Of a stretch of DNA of 64,000 nucleotides, positions 61,301 through 64,000 are shown piece by piece. Each line of letters opens with the position of its first letter. Within the stretch, counting starts at the first letter, position 1. Made by a program: the position numbers and the translations under genes. The notes beneath the pieces are model-generated. The model did not search any database. It was not told the DNA's origin and saw only the letters and a program-made list of their open reading frames with translations. The DNA lies in assembly GCA_977030845.1 (NCBI GenBank), contig OZ365110.1:49352001-49416000 (forward strand), in the 5' to 3' direction. Origin of the DNA: Fimbriosthenelais zetlandica (Eukaryota).

Positions 61301-62933
61301 CCAGGGGTCAATCACTATGGTGACAGGCCGGGTCAGTGGGGTCCGAAACGGTCTATATATATCAAGGTACATACCCTTAGTCCATATATACATATGGCCG
61401 CCATTTATGTGGAGCGATTTCAATTTCATGCACTGTCGTCCGAGTGGCTTGTAGGACAACATAGATGTCTATCACCAGTAGCAGGCGATAATGCTTTTAC
61501 AACCGTTTTACAGCCATTTTACAGGCGGTTAACAACCTTGGTGGTTATCGAGGTGTGGGCATTTCAAGTGTCCCCTGCCTTCATAGACCGCTATATTGTG
61601 ATAATTCAATTGGGTGATAATCTATTTCACTTAGCTCATGAGAGCAATTGGCACGAGTGTTTTGGCAAGTGTTCAATGTATGTGAACTCATTCAATAATT
61701 GTTACATGCAAGTATCTCCAATTTTTAAGAAGGCAGTAAAATTTTGCATTTTTCGTACAAAATCATTGGCAGAATCGGACCCTTTCCAATATGGCACTAG
61801 ATATAAACATCAGAGATAGAAATGTTGCAAATTTGTATAGCCTACATAATAATGTGACAAAACATTTCTTGAGAAAAATATTCTCAAATATTAGCATGAA
61901 AATGGTGAATAACACAGGATGTGGCATAATTCCCTATTATGAACTTTATCTTGGTGTCCGTTCGTTTAATTGGGAAAAAATGATACCAGGTCCATGCAAA
62001 CATGCGATAAAGTGTGCCAGATTCTGTATTCTCATAATCTAAACATTATCACGAACTAATCTAGATATGTGATAGAGAATGGTAAAACATAGATAGTACA
62101 TGCTTACTAGCGAACCCTGTATGTTAAACATATACGGTCAGGTATCTCTAATGCGACCAGTGTGGGTCTCAAATGCGACCACTTTTGGACTGAAATATTA
62201 TTTTAATGCCTACATTATACTTCCTACAACTCATAGAATAATTGTGAATGATTTAAAATTGTAAACGCTTTAAAAACAAAGAGCCATTTAGTCAAATCAC
62301 AATCTGTGAGTTCAACTTTTGGCACAACTCAAGCCTTTAGCATCATTCCCCATGAGTAGTCCAAAACATAACTTAAGGGCCTTACAAAGGCTCGTAGCAC
62401 TGGCCTGAATCGCTCAGCACCACATTGCGTGAGGGATATCACACCTCATTCCAATGCCAATTGGCAGTAGAGGTGTTAAATGCTTGGCTGTATCTATACT
62501 ATTGACCCTCTCCTCGTCCCATTTGGAGGTTTTTATTCTGCTGAGTGGTGGTAATGGATTGATGATGGGCCGGTCGGTGGATTGTTGGTGTTGGAGAGAG
62601 TGAGAACTCAAGTGTTTTATAGCCCCCGAGTTGACTTCATAAAACTCACCGGCACAACCCATATACTACCTGACAAACCAAGTTGTATACAGTGTTGCTA
62701 GTGAGTATCAGGGTGTTGTACAAGTAAATCGTCAATGGCGAGGGTCGGCAGCGAGGGTACCTTCGTCGAGTGATTGTATTGTGCAAGCAATACTTTTGAA
62801 AAAACAGTGCTTGGACAATGCTTGGAATTTGTGACATACGGTTCAGATAATAATCCTGGAATTTAAAAAAAAAATCATCAGGCAAAATCAGGGAATTGGT
62901 TCCATGAAATGCTGGAAACCCTTTATAGATCTG

Positions 62934-63109
62934 TGACTAAAATAGCTCTAACCATTAAAGATATAGCTACATGTATGACTGAAATAGCTCTAACCATTAA
63001 AGAAACAGCTCAAGAAATAGCTATATGACTGAAATAGCTCTAACCATTAAAGAAATAGCTCAAGTAATAGCTATGACTGAAATAGCTCTAACCATTAAAG
63101 AAATAGCTC
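62934..63109 (+). repeat. Four-unit tandem repeat, 42-50-bp period
   Basis: TGACT(G/A)AAATAGCTCTAACCATTAAAGA starts at 62934, 62976, 63026 and 63074. Confidence 0.9.
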
Positions 63110-64000
63110 GACCATTTAATGCATTATAATGGTAGAGCCCCAGACAAAGCCCGGTATGATAGAGCTGTTCCCACGGCGGGGTGTACAGTGAATATTAGAT
63201 GACGGAGCATGGCGAGCATATGGAGCATCTCTGACCTCTGCTCGTACCAGCTGAGCAGCTCAGACAGTGGAGGGTCGAGCTGAACCGACATACTGACTGA
63301 TTCCGTCCCTTATTACGGCCCAGTGTGAGTGGCTGGGTGCAGATCATAATGGCCTACAAGCAGGCATCTATTATACCCACATATCTACAGTAGGTTCCCA
63401 ATAATGCGACAATCCCAACACTCAAAATATCTACAGTGGAGTGACTGTCCAACTGGGACAAGCAGGCCCCAAGTCTCCCACTAATGTGACAAACTCCAAT
63501 ACATGTAGATCTATAGTATACAATATCTACAGTGGATTCCCTCTATTGAGACAACTCGATTAGATTATCATGAGTCGCTAGTGCGACTTGGGACTGAATT
63601 GGATCAAATTCTATTTTTGTTATTATTCAATTTTTGATCAAATTATACAGTAGATTAGCATTACTGCGACATTTGAACTCTCAGGACTGAGTCTCAAAAT
63701 GCTACTATCCTTAAACCGAATGAGTATGAGATGAATCTATACATTCTATACTCGTTTTTAGGAATGAACTACAGTAAAACCTGACTAATGCGACCTTCCT
63801 TTAGAATTAATTTCGATCCTCAGGATGTTCGCTTTAGCGTTTTATTCCCACAGTCGATAGTTGAAGGTCACAGCTACACCCATGATCCAAGCTATCTCTG
63901 ACAAGGCTAGTGCCAGGAAAACCTGATCACTACCTTCAAGACCAAGTCCTGAAGGTCTGCTTTGAGTTGGGAACCTATTCAATGACCGACCATCCTCTAT

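Noticed and set aside
61172-61819. Longest ORF in the track (215 aa, plus strand)
   Set aside because: GTG start in low-complexity sequence, no recognisable domain, and composition like the surrounding intron.
62650-62662. ATG GGT TGT GCC G|GTGAGT as the FGFRL1 first coding exon
   Set aside because: The phase fits, but it encodes only MGCA and gives no signal peptide for a type I membrane protein.

Overview
Eukaryotic (invertebrate metazoan, probably deuterostome; the taxon is inference) genomic DNA with spliced genes, so most of the supplied six-frame ORFs are spurious. (1) 1-8215: two arrays of the same 32-bp minisatellite in opposite orientation (about 44 and about 190 units), converging on a 701-bp unique spacer. 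(2) 12862-15235 (+): a complete six-coding-exon, 218-aa alpha-class glutathione S-transferase carrying the GSTA4-type alkenal-specificity residues. (3) 19269-46603 (-): seven coding exons of FGFRL1 (FGFR-like 1 / nou-darake family: 3 Ig domains, TM, kinase-less His-rich tail). They include a 63-nt linker exon absent from the ORF track and a 22.7-kb intron. The signal-peptide exon was not found and probably lies beyond the window. The introns carry several MITE-like families, micro- and minisatellites and candidate cis-regulatory islands. No tRNA, rRNA, CRISPR array or autonomous transposon is supported. All coordinates were counted by hand and may be off by a few bases.
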